Source of the DNA: Squalus acanthias
Taxonomy: Eukaryota
Direction: 5' to 3'
Assembly (NCBI GenBank): GCA_030390025.1
Contig: CM059432.1
Span: 37,512,001-37,576,000, forward strand
DNA length: 64,000 nt
In this document: positions 37,909-49,781 of the stretch, one piece after another
Position numbering within the stretch: the first letter of the stretch is position 1
Layout of the letters: every line of letters begins with the position of its first letter
Translations under genes and position numbers: made by a program
The notes under the pieces: model-generated
Database searches by the model: none
Told to the model about the DNA's origin: nothing
Seen by the model: only the letters and a program-made list of their open reading frames with translations

Positions 37909-39979
37909 TTACGGCATTGTATTTAGTTCGTTTTCATAGGGAGGACAATATCCCTTTGGGAAAGGGTGCATTTTTAGACAATCTTCTTCATCATAGTCAT
38001 CCTGGTTTGCTCTTTTTCTTTCCTTTCTCTCTAGTACTTTCGTAGCTCTTTTTACAGATGCTACTGATTCTACTGTTTGCGCTAACAGATATCTCACTCT
38101 TATCCACATTATACAAATTAATATAAATAAAACTCCTGTCACTACATAATTATAACCATCGGGTGAACAAACAATTCCAACACTGCGGATGCTTTCGGTG
38201 ACCATCCTTTAAACACATCCCACCAGTGGTGTACCGTCAAATCTGTTATTTGCGTAGCTATTCGAATCAAACCTTGCTCATCATAATCCATCACTGCTTT
38301 TAAATGGTGCAGATCTCTTCCTCTTTTCGCTAAGGCTTCTACTATCTTTTCATTGCTTTTCAAAAATTTCGTCAGATTAGCCAAATTGACTGTAGGGGGG
38401 GCATTTTCTATCCCCAATACAGTTCTTCTTTGCATTACCGTAGCCCATTTTCCCAACTGATATGTCTTGTTGGTATGTGGGTCAAACACAGTATAAACAT
38501 CTTTTATGCAAGTGTTTAAAGGGGGCCTTTTCAAAATCCCGTCTACATATATGGGCCAGGCACTGCTGATACACAGATAGTTCTGGCCTATCTCATGCAA
38601 GGTAGTATCATTACAAGGTTTCAAATTCCAAATGCATGTACCTCTACTATGTTGTAATGAGCAAGGTTCATATATAGGGGTATGCAATGGGCATACTTTT
38701 CCAAACGGTCAATCTTGGCAATCCGAGGCATCGTGGGTCTTATTCCCCTGATCTATCCATTTACCATGAAATTCGGGATACCAAAAGTTTTCTCCAAACA
38801 GTTGGGGCAATACCAAGAACTGACACCAGGTTTTGGCTTTTGTCACATTTACCACTTTCATTGTAAAATTACATCCCTTAGGGTCACATTTAGTATATCT
38901 TCGATCAGGTTTTACTTCTAGATTATTTCCTTCAAATCCGAAAATTCTCATCCAACTAGGAGCATGTCCTGACATAGCGATTCGCTCTATCTCAGCCCTC
39001 AGTAACTGCTTGGTAATTTCTTTAAACATAATTGAGTATGATTATTGACTTTCTCTTGTCCCTTTGCAACATTCTCTTGTTCCTTTTCTACCTTATCTAC
39101 TTGTTTTCAACTCATTGTATCTGATATCCACTGTGTTAACATCGCTGCTGTCAGCCCATTGTCCCAAGCATTTCTTAATTTTATAGCATCTCCTGTCAGC
39201 CCTCCTACTTGCTGTATTTTATTCTGCAATGTTTCAATATCTATTGCATTAAGGGCTCCCATACCAGTTCCTACTCCTCCGAAGACTGTTGCTAAGTCCC
39301 TTTTCCTTCTCCCGATCCTAACTCTCTTATTCAATTTGGCTTGTATAGTAGTAATATTACATCCAGTATCTTTTTTATCCTCATATTGTACCTGTACTGT
39401 CAAATTTAGAGTATATGGGGAGATCAAGACCGGGGTACAGGTAGAATGCAATCTTTGCAAATGGTCCATAGGACTTTCTATCTGTTTCGTTTTCTTTGCA
39501 AAGAATGTTTCCCCATACCAGTGAGGTCTTCCTTCTATAAGAGTTGCATTCACGCATCCGTACGCCTGACCGTCTTTCAAATATATCGGTTGTTCCATGC
39601 CTCCGGTTCTTGTGTCATTTTTATACCATTTCCATAGTTTAGTATAATTGTTTAGTATGTCAGTTTCATTCTCTATCCTACAACTTATGTTCACTCCTTT
39701 TTCCCATTTTATACTTAGAGTTATATTGGATCCTTGGCTAAATACTATTTTATCCATCCCAGATTTCATTTCGAACATCCCACAGGCTACGCAATTAATC
39801 GTCCAATTGGCCATTACACAAATGGTGCCATTGTTACAAGTGTAAGTTCCCTGCGATTGGTTACTGTCTCTCGCCTTCCATCCTAACTGGCCTGCCCATT
39901 CTGTTCTTTCAGTAGGCAGGATGGTCCAGGCGGCTGTCCTTATTACACATAGGCCGATTATTATCATCTGGTTTAACAT
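37909..39979 (-). pseudogene. env: ERV env, disrupted
   Basis: Signal peptide MLNQMIIIGLCVIRTAA, many N-glycosylation sequons, furin site RRKR plus fusion peptide DLATVFGGVGTGMGAL, HHWWDVFKGWSP membrane-proximal region and TM helix; split over four ORFs. Confidence 0.9.
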
Positions 39980-40094
39980 ATTTCCTGATTTATCCTAGAA
40001 ATCTTTAAATTTTCCTAATTATTGTTATACAGCATTGAATATAAACATATATAAAGCAATCCGAAAGTAATCAGTCCTTCAATGGAGTGCCAGA

Positions 40095-43000
40095 TTATGG
40101 TGGGCACGGATCTTTTCCCGTTTCTGAAGTGTCTGGTGCAGTATGTTTACACTCCACCTCCGGTGTTTCCTCCGGATGATGCAACTTGCCCCTTGTAGCG
40201 TGTACCCAATCAGGTTTTTCTTTCAATTTGAGAGCTGTTCGAGTTGTAAGCAGCACCAAATATGGTCCTTTCCACCTAGGAGAAAAAGATTCTTTATTTA
40301 GCGCTTTCACATAAACTTGATCTCTGGGTTTAAAGGGGTGCATGTTTCCTTCTGTGGGGAGCGTCTGGGCCTGTCTCACTTTCTCATGTATTCTTCCTGC
40401 TGTTTCACACATGGCCTGAGCATATTTTAATGATTTTTCATCATTCCAAATTAATGCCACCTTCTCTGGAGTCATGGGTGGGCGTGTGCCTGTTGTCATA
40501 GGCCGGCCCATCAAGATCTCATATGGTGTCAGACCTGTGTTTCTATTTTTCTGATTTCTCAGGGAATACATTACTACTGGCACGGCATCCGACCATTGCA
40601 ACCCATTTTGCTGGCATACTTTGGTTAGGGCGGCCTTAATTTCCCCATTCACTCTTTCCACTATTCCTGAGGATTGTGGCTGGTAAGGTATGTGCAATTT
40701 CCATTGAAATCCAAGGGCTTCAGTTAAGTTTTTTATCAGTTTGCTGGTGAAATGAGTTCCTCTGTCACTGTTTATTCCCATAGGTATTCCAAATCTAGGT
40801 ATTATTTCTTTTAGCAGAATGCTTACTACTGTTCTGGCATCATCCCTCCTAGTGAGGTATGCCTCTACCCATCTGGAGAACATATCTACTATTACCAGTA
40901 TGTACTTAAATCCTTTTACTGCGGGCATATGTACAAAATCTATGTGTAGATTCTCAAAGGGCAGCTCTGGTTGGGGTAGGTGATCAAAATTTGCGGGCGA
41001 TTTCCCTCTATTGTTCTGCTGACATACTAAACACGTTCTGGCAACTTTTTCAATTGTTACCATTATTCCTGGTGCATACCATTGTTGGGACAATGCATGT
41101 GCCATCCCTCCTTTGCCCATGTGAGCCTGTCCATGTGCCAGGCGAGATAGGGGCAAAAACAAGCTTTGTGGGCAAACCACTCAGCCATCAGGATGCATCC
41201 ATGCATCATGATCTTGATAGCAACCTGCCTTACTCCAAGTACGTTTTTCTTGGACTGTTGCCTGACTTTAGGCCTGTCATAGTAGATCAGCATCAATGCT
41301 ACTAGGAAGTTCTGGAGGAAAGTTACTAACGGTATTTTTGGCGGCTTGAAGCTGTGGGGCCTGCCTCAGTGCGACCTCTTTAGCCGCACTATCAGCAAAC
41401 CTATTTCCACACGAGACTTCATCACCTGCCATGGTGTGGGCCTCACATTTTAGCACTGCAATTTTACTTGGCAACTGAATAGCCTCCAACAAATTTAACA
41501 CCATTTGCGCATGCTTAATAGGTTTTCCTGAGGATGTAATAAAACCTCTGTTTTTTCCATAATTGTCCAAAATCATGCACTACCCCAAATGCATAACGGG
41601 AGTCAGTACAGATATTGACGCTTTGATCTTTAGCCAAAATACAGGCTCTGGTTAATGCATATAGTTCAGCTGCCTGTGCAGATGTGCCAGGTGGCAACGC
41701 ATAAGCTTCCAATACTTCATGAGGAGTCACCACCGCATAACCTGCTAATAGTTGATCATCACTAGGTCGATGCGAAGAACCATCCGTGAAGAGGATCAAG
41801 TCAGGATTATCAAAAGGATCACTTAGCAAATCTGGCCTGGGTATAGTGGTGGCTTCAACAGTTAACAAGCAGTCGTGTTCTGGTTCATCTGGATATTCTG
41901 TTGGTATTGGCACGAAGGTCGCCGGGTTGACAGCTGGTGATCGCTGGTCGGTATAATTAGAGTGTGACAAGAGGATTATCTCATACCCAGTCCTTCTTGC
42001 CGCCGTAAAGTGCTGAGTAGCTGCCGAATTTAATAATAGCAGTACTGCGTGGGGAATGATTACCACACAAGGGTGATCAAGCACAATAGGGATGGATTTT
42101 TCCACTATTGTGGCGGTTGCAGCAATGGCTCGTAAGCAGGCTGGCATGCCTCTCACTACGGCTGCTAAGGCTACAGAGTAATATGCTACAGGCCTTTTTC
42201 CTCCCCCATGTTCTTGTGCCAGTACTCCTGTTGCAAAGCCTTCTCTTTCATTGACGTATAACTGAAAAGGCTTATTATACTTGGGTAGTCCTAACGCGGG
42301 AGCACTGACCATAGCCTTTTTTAGATCACTGAATGCCTTATCTCGTTCTGACGTCCATTTGACTATGGGGGGCTCTGTCTGCAGCGTAGCTGATCGTAAG
42401 ACCGCATCCATTTCTCTGTAGTCATAGATCCATTGTCTACAATAACCCACCATTCCCAGAAACGACAAAATGTTCTTCTTTGTTCGCGGGATCGGCACTT
42501 TATCCACTGCTCTTATTCTTTCCAGTCCCAATCTTCGCTGTCCATACTCCAACTGAAAACCCAAATACTGGACGGACGTTTGGCAGAACTGCAACTTCTT
42601 GGAGGACACCCTGTGTCCCCTGCTAGCCAGATGCTGGAGCAATTTTATAGTATCTTTTTGGCAGTCTGGCCCGGTTCGGGAGGCAACCAAAAGGTCATCT
42701 GCGTACTGGATTAAGGTGGACTGATCCGATAACTGACATTCCTCCAAGTCATTTTTAACCGCTGCCGCATACACCGCAGGACTTTCAGTATACCCCTGGG
42801 GCAACCTGGTCCAGGTATATTGCTGATTTTTATAAGTAAAGGCAAACAGATATTGACTGTCCTTATGCAGTGGTATGGAGAAGAAAGCAGAACACAAATC
42901 GATAACCGAAAAGGTAGTTGCATCAGCTGGTATAGAGGAGAGGATGATGTTGGTATCTGGCACCAAGGGAGCAATGGGAATGACTATTTTATTGATCGCC

Positions 43001-44268
43001 CGGAGATCTTGCACAAAACGACAGTCATTTGGTCTTCCTATTTTCGGGATGGGCAAAATAGGAGTATTGCAGGGGCTCTGTGTTTTGACTAAAACCCCTT
43101 GCTGCAGTGAAGAATGTATTACCGCTGCTATTCCTTCCTCGGCCTCTGGGGCCAGGCGGTACTGCTTTAGACAGGGCAAAACAGCATTCTTCTGTGGCTG
43201 GACCCTATGTTCAGGTGCCGAATGCACCTTTTCCACATGATTCTTGTGCTTTGCCCATAATTCAGAAGGTAACAATTGCGGATTTTCCTTAGGTGGCTGC
43301 TGTCTTTCAAAAATAGTATCCCATTCTTTTCTTAACCAGCAAATTTTTCCTTCTGTTTCATTAAAGAATTCTATCTCCACCTTTCCAGCTTGAATTGGCA
43401 ACGTGATGGAATAGACTGGCTTGTGGTGTTGTATTCTTTTTATCATCTTCCCCACTTCCTTCGCCTTAGCCGGGGCTCTGACTGCTATACTCAGGTGGGG
43501 TTCGGATGTGTGATGCATCCTAAATCTTTCTTTTTGTTCGTGTGTAAGGTGAACCAACATTCCCAGGCCTTTATCTCCAAAGAATAAATAAGGTGAAATC
43601 TGCAGCAATTCTGGCTGGTTTAGGTATGAGCAAACCAATTCTTGATAATTAGGTGTTTCTTTATGCGTGTACCATGCCGTACAATGGGTCCGTTTCTTTT
43701 CTCTACTGGTTTCAATTAGATATTGTAAATACTGCCCCTGAGGATCTTCCAATTCCTGCAAGGCTTGGTATACATTTTTTACCAATTGGCCATAAGGATT
43801 GCTATTCAGCTGCCAGCAGTACAAAATGGGGGCTCCATCTACTTGCTTTTCCTCTATCATTAAATTCATTAGCTGATGAGTTTGTATTTGAGGCAGTTCC
43901 ATGAACATGCCGTCTCGAGTGCAGTATATAACTGCTCCCAATTTACATAAAGCCTGTCTTCCCAACATAGGGAGAGGGGCGGTCTGAGAAATTATGAGGG
44001 TGTCTGTGACGGATTGCCCGTGCACTTGAATTTCGGTAGGTTTGGAGAGGGGTTCTAACATAGGGATACCGGCTACTCCCATGCTTACAACGTTAAATTG
44101 ACTGGCGGGTATATCCACGGAGGGGGGTACAGAGGACATTGTTGCACCGGTATCGACCAGAAGGTCCAAATGGCTATTTCCTACTTTAACTGTAGCCATA
44201 GGCTGTTCTCTCATGGATTTGGACAATCTGATCACAGCCGCCTGTACCACCGCTTCTCCGTGGCACCC
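40095..44268 (-). pseudogene. pol: ERV pro-pol (PR, extra domain, RT, RNase H, IN)
   Basis: PR LVDTGA; RT LPQGY and YADD; RNase H FTDGS, SAQAAEL, TDSRY; IN HHCC, D-D-E and GPY. One frameshift near 41555 and three in-frame stops between 41181 and 41279. Confidence 0.95.
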
Positions 44269-46470
44269 CTATGCGGATGGATTAGGGTTACTGAAAGAAA
44301 AGGAAGTTCCTTCTGCCCCTGGAGCTGGATACCCTCCTTGTTGGCCGTACCCCTGCTGTGGCCTTGGGGGGCATCGGCAATCTCTAGCCCAATGTCCTCT
44401 TTTCCCACAGTTCCTACATTCATCCTGTGATCTATCTCTCATTTGCCATTGTCCTCTTCCCCTTCCTCTGCCTCTACCATAACCTCCTCTTCCTGCAAAT
44501 CCTCTTTTATTCTGTTGGAAATATTGTCCCGCTGTTTTTGGCTTTTGCTCTTTCGACTGAGTAAAGAGTCCTTCCCTATCCATATTTACCAGAGCAGTAA
44601 CTACGTCCGCCCAGGGCTGAGTCTGCCAATTTAGATTAATCATTTTAAAGGCTTGAGCTTGAAAGGGTAACATGCAGTTTAGCAGTGTTTGTACTGCCAA
44701 AGGTCCATTGTCTACTAACGGAACTCCTGCGTGTTCCTCCCACTTGCTTTTAAATCGAGCTACAAAATCAGGAATTGTCTCCTCCTTTCTCTGCAGACAT
44801 CGAGTAACTTCTCCTATGTCACTATGTTTCTTGATGTGGAGATGCCGGCGTTGGACTGGGGTGGACAAAAATGAGAAGTCGCACAACACCAGGTTATAGT
44901 CCAACAGATTTATTTAAAATTACAAGCTTTCGGAGCTGTCACCCCTTCCTCAGGTAGAGTAGCTGTGAGAGAATCTCCCAGAATTCACAATATAAACACA
45001 GAAAAAATGTATTCAAATCTTTCCCTACATCAAAGACACACTAAGAGCACAGCCAAGGCAATGAGATGTGTCCCAGGGGGTCCAACGTGTCAAAACACCT
45101 GCTGGCTGCATATCCTCTGCAATTGAGTTTGGTTCTTGTGTTAGTTTTTTTTAAAAGCTGGAAAGACCGGCCATGATGTCAAGTCACGTTCTGTATCGTG
45201 ACATGAACCCGATATCGCGATTGAGGCCATCCTCATGAGTGCGGAACTTGGCTATCAGTTTCTGCTCTATGATTTTGTTTCTTGGCTCCTCTCATTATAG
45301 CCTCTTTACCTCTATGTTCTAACCAGTGAGCAAAAGACTCATTTCCCTAGTCCAGTTGTACATCATCTTGTTGCCAATCTCCATTTTCTCCCGGGGGAAC
45401 AGCAAATCCGTCCCTTAGGGTCGACCATGAGGACCCATACGCACATTTTAGCAGCATTAGCACATCCCAGGAAGAGGGCTGTAAATGGTACACATTTGTT
45501 CTAGCCAATTATGAAAGGCAGTGGGCTTCTTTAAGGGGTCTGGTGCCTCGGCTATCATAGCTCTAGCTTCCGCTGGGGACCATGGTTTTAACACTGCCAC
45601 CTCTCCTATCATGACTCGAGGAAGTTGATGGGTAGTAGTGTCAGGTTCGAGTGCGCCTCTGTCTCTAGGGGCTGTTTCTTTTGTTTGTGACCTAGTTGTA
45701 GGTCCTTTACGTGAGGGTAGGTCCTGTACATTACTACCAGGCAGTGCAGCAGCTCCTGCTCCGAGTGCCTCTGCTGGAGGAGGAGGTTCAATTACGGGTT
45801 CATCTGCGGGTGGGGGTGGAGCTCCAGGCTGTGCCCCTGGTGGGGGTACAACTGGCTGTGGTGCCGCTAGACCTGCTGGATTGTATGGAGGCGGCCCCGG
45901 AAATCGTGCCGGTTGCTGTCTTAGAGCAGCCGTTATCATTAGTAAATGATCTAACTCTTCCCCCATCTCAACCGGATCTCCCGCTGGGGTTCGGGGATAC
46001 ATTCCCACAACAGGAGCCTTAGGCAGCACCTCTTCCTTTTTCTGACTAGCCTCTGCCTCTTCCTGTTTCCCCTTCTTCTTTGGGGGTTGGTGTCTTTTTG
46101 CTACTTCCATCCACCCAGCAAAGCACCATAACATATAGGGGGTGTCCCACTCAGGATCCCCTCCTTTATTTCTAGTAATTTCTTCCCATTCTTTTATTAA
46201 AGGTATTTTAAAACTTCCCCCATAAGGCCAATCTCCATCCGACCATCCATACAGATCACTACTAAAAGTTACCGCATACCGATCGTCTCCTGTTTCTTTT
46301 ATTACAGTATCGGCTGGCGATCCCGGTGGAACGATGGGATCTCCTACCTTTTTTCGATGTCGCACGAGCTTTTTTATTCTGTCATTCGTTCTTTTACATA
46401 TCTTGATTTTACCATTTGCAGCCTCCTGTTTTACCTTGCCTCGGGCTCCGTTCTTGGCAGGATCGGACGA
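44269..46470 (-). pseudogene. gag: ERV gag, 5'-truncated and interrupted by a Penelope fragment
   Basis: PPPY late domain, proline-rich linker, capsid start KPWSPAE, RGG tract and a single CCHC knuckle CRNCGKRGHWARDC; TAG in frame with pol. Confidence 0.92.
44834..45275 (-). mobile_element. Penelope-like 3' fragment inserted in gag
   Basis: Highly similar to 55375-55778; duplication TGTTTCTTG at 44825-44833 and 45276-45284; removal restores GAK-KHSDIGEV. Confidence 0.9.
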
Positions 46471-46917
46471 ATCCGCTTCAGCGGACTCGCGAAGACTGAC
46501 CAGATACGCAGTTGAAGTCCTCTACTGCGTACGGGGTACTGCAGACACCAACCAACATATAGAGCGTTCCCCAAAACCGCAAACTAACCTAACTGTCAAG
46601 GATTCTGGTGAGTATCATCCCTGGTCCTCTGGAGTCCAACCTAGCTAGTGAAGTGGGATTGGGAGGGGTGAAGTATTCTTCTAATGTCATTTCCCTCACT
46701 TGTACTGAAGTTTCCCCATTTTTAGAGTGTTAAGAGTGTTTGTGTTGTGTTTTACTTTCTTGAATAAAGATCAAAGTTCTTGCATCAAAACCAGTTGTCT
46801 GCTGCATCTTTTGTCACAACCCCCAAATAAGTCCAAGGTCTAGAACCAAGGGAGTGGGAGCGATTCGAACCGCTCAGAAGTCAGAGGTGAAGCTGACACA
46901 AACCACCACCCTCTACA
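46471..46917 (+). mobile_element. 3' part (R/U5) of a second-family LTR, antisense to the provirus
   Basis: Reverse complement of 55175-55375 plus 56505-56760; AATAAA at 46763; ends CCCTCTACA; no TGG primer-binding site follows. Confidence 0.85.
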
Positions 46918-47344
46918 AGGTAGAACAAAAGCACCATGCTATGGTGACTTTCACTTCTATAAATGTCCTCTGCAGATCATCTTGCCGCAGATGATACAAC
47001 TCTGCGAATATCTGAATGTGAAGCAGAGGTGGTGAAGACTGATCTCTTCTGACATGCCCAGTAGAGCATAGGTCCTTCTATAAACATGGGTCCCAGGGTA
47101 GTAATTTAAAGAAAGAAAGATTTGCATTGATATAGCATGTGTCATGACCTCAGGACATCTAACTACTTGTCCCTCATTCCATAATTGCACTACACTGTCA
47201 TACAAGTTAATAAGTGTATCTTAAGGTGTGTTTTTTAGAAAGCTTCTTTAAGATGCATTTTAGCAGCTAAGCCCCAGTCAGTATAGCAGTATTTCTCTGT
47301 CTTTCTATTAAAACTGTGTGTTCACAGCCAGCTTGTAAAGTGCT

Positions 47345-49195
47345 CCTGTCTCGACCCTGCCACTGCCTCTGTGTTGCCTGAAATACTGAAGTCCTGGATG
47401 AGTCACAATTTATTTCAGTTAAACATTGGGAAGACCAAAGTCATCGTATTTGGCACCTGCCCCAAAATCTGTAACCTTGCCATCCATTCTATCCCGCTCC
47501 CTGTCCACTGTCTCGGGTTGAACCAGACTATTCACAATCTTGTCGTCCTATTTGATCTTGAGCTGAGTTTCTCACCCCATACCCTCTTCATCACAAAGAC
47601 CATCTACTTCCACCTCCATAACACTCTCTCCCAAAAAGGCTGTGATTGCTGAATCAATTGAAACATTCAAAACTGAGATCGTTAGATTTTTGTTAGGTAA
47701 GGGTATCAAGGGATAAAGAGCAAAGGTGGTTAAATGGAGTTGAGGCACAGATCAGCCATGATCTAATTGAATAGTGGAACAGGCTCAAGGGCTGAATTGC
47801 CTACTCCTGTTCCTATATTCCTAGCCCATCTACCGTTAAAACCCTCAGCCATGCCTTTGTCAACTCCAGGCTCGAGTATTTCAATGCTTTCCAGGCTGAC
47901 CTCTCATCCTCCACTCTCCGCAAACTACAGCTCATCCAAAACTCTGCTGCCCGTGTTATATCCCACATTAAGTCCCTCTCACCCTTCACCCTTGTGCTTG
48001 CTGACCTACATTGACTCCCATTCCACAAATGCCTCAAGTTTGAGATTCTCATCCTCATGTCTAAATCCATTCATGGCCTTGCCCCTCCATATCTCCATAT
48101 CGCTGTAGCCTCCTCCAATCCTAAAACCCTCGGAGAATTCTGCATTCCTTCAACTCTGGTGTCTTGTGCATCTCCCTCACTTTGCCCCATAATTGGCAGC
48201 CATGCCTTCAGCCTTACACTCTGGAATTCCCTCTCTAATCCTCCCGCCTCACCACCCCTCTCTCCTTTAAAAACCTCCTTAAAACCCACTTCTTTAGTCG
48301 GCCCTGCTAATGGCCCAGAAATTGGACTTCGATGGTTGCCGCCGGGGTAAGGATCCCCCGCGATATCACACTCCGCGCCTGCCTTTATGGTTTTGGCCCA
48401 CACAAACTTCAGTTCCTGGGCCTCTCCTTGGTGCCGGCGCGCAGTGTGTGCGTGTCCCAGAGGCGCAGTTAGTTCGATGCGACCTCTGGGATCACGTGGG
48501 CCAGTTAGAGCCAATGGCAGCACACCATCTTTCATTCATAGTTTTGACAGGAAGATCTGTCAAAGCTATGAATACAACTTGCCCCCAAAAGAACAGCTAA
48601 ACCTCAATTAAATTAAAAAAAAAAACCATCACATTAATAAAATAACTATAGTTAAAAAAATTAACCACTTTAAACAAAAATTTTAATTTTTGAATTTTTT
48701 TTAATTCTTTTTAAAAGTTATAAAAATAAACTTACCTTTCTTTAAAGTCTCTAAAAAAGATAAACCTGTTGAAAAAAATTTAAAATAATACTTAATTAAC
48801 TACTTACCTTGTTAAAAGGGGGTCTTACGCCTCCTTTCTTCATGTGTAAAATCTTCAACACTTACCTTCGCGTTCAAACCTGAAAAAAAAACTAAGTGTG
48901 CTGCGTGCGCACAGCCTGTAGTGCGCACGCGGTTCACTTAGGAACCGCCCCCTTCGCAATATCGGAAGTGCCGGTTTCCCACGCATGCGCAGTGCATGCA
49001 GGAAACCGGCACTTCGGGACCGAATATGGGTGAGTACACAGTGCGTACTCTCCCGTATTCGGACGAATTTCTGGGCCATTATCTCCTTCTTTGACTCGAA
49101 ATTCAATTTTGTCTGGTTATGCTTCTGTGAAGCATCATGGGATATTTTTGTACCATAAAGGTGCTATATAATTGCAAGTTCTTGTTGTTGTTGTT
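47345..49195 (+). mobile_element. L2 LINE 3' region with nested CR1 tail (47630-47822) and a MITE
   Basis: WMSHNLFQLNIGKTK, LQLIQNSAAR and SIHGLAPPYL motifs; L2 tail at 49080-49195. Confidence 0.8.
48312..49077 (-). mobile_element. About 765-bp TIR non-autonomous DNA transposon, copy 2
   Basis: TIR GGCCCAGAAATT / AATTTCTGGGCC; collinear with 17642-18394. Confidence 0.9.
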
Positions 49196-49781
49196 CTTCT
49201 TCTTGCTGTAGAGGCCTCCTCTGTCTCCATTCTGTCTCCAGTGACTTACCTTTTGAAAACCATAGTTTCTGTTGAGGCCTTCAGCAGTGGATCTTGGTTT
49301 CCGAACTTACATCGAGTTACATTGAGTCTACAGCAGAGAAACAAGCCATTCGGCCCAACTGGTCTATTTATTTATTTATTTTTATTTGCTCATGGGATGT
49401 GGGCGTCACTGCCAAGGCCAGCATTTATTGCCCATCCCTAGTTGCCCTTGAGAAGGTGGTGGTGAGCCGCCTCTTGAACCGCTGCAGTCCGTATGGTGAA
49501 GGTACTCCCACAGCGCTGTTAGGGAGGGAGTTCCAGGATTTTGACCCAGCGACGGTGAAGGAACGGCGATATACTTCTAAGTCAGGATGGTGTATGACTT
49601 GGAGGGGAACTTGCAGGTGGTGGTATTCCCATGCACCTGCTGCCCTTCTCCTTCTAGGTGGTAGAGGTCACGGGTTTGGGAGGTGCTGTCGAAGAAGCCT
49701 TGACGAGTTGCTGCAGTGCATCTTGTAGCACCTTCAACATTCACTCCCTCCACCACTGCTGCAGCCACGGTACGCCAGTGG

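Larger units (their letters stand above)
37479..46470 (-). mobile_element. Endogenous retrovirus (fish epsilon/snakehead-retrovirus-like), 5' LTR missing
   Basis: gag-pro-pol-env order, PPT and 3' LTR present; several stops and frameshifts. Lineage assignment is inference. Confidence 0.95.

Noticed and set aside
44820..44904. ATG of ORF 44269..44904 as a gag or accessory-gene start
   Set aside because: The start lies inside the Penelope insertion and the track's M is an alternative start codon; chance fusion.
39045..46648. Plus-strand ORFs antisense to the ERV as accessory genes
   Set aside because: Short shadows of the minus-strand coding frames with no recognisable domain.
46471..46917. 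5' LTR of the provirus
   Set aside because: No similarity to the 3' LTR at 37479-37871, opposite polarity by AATAAA, and no PBS.
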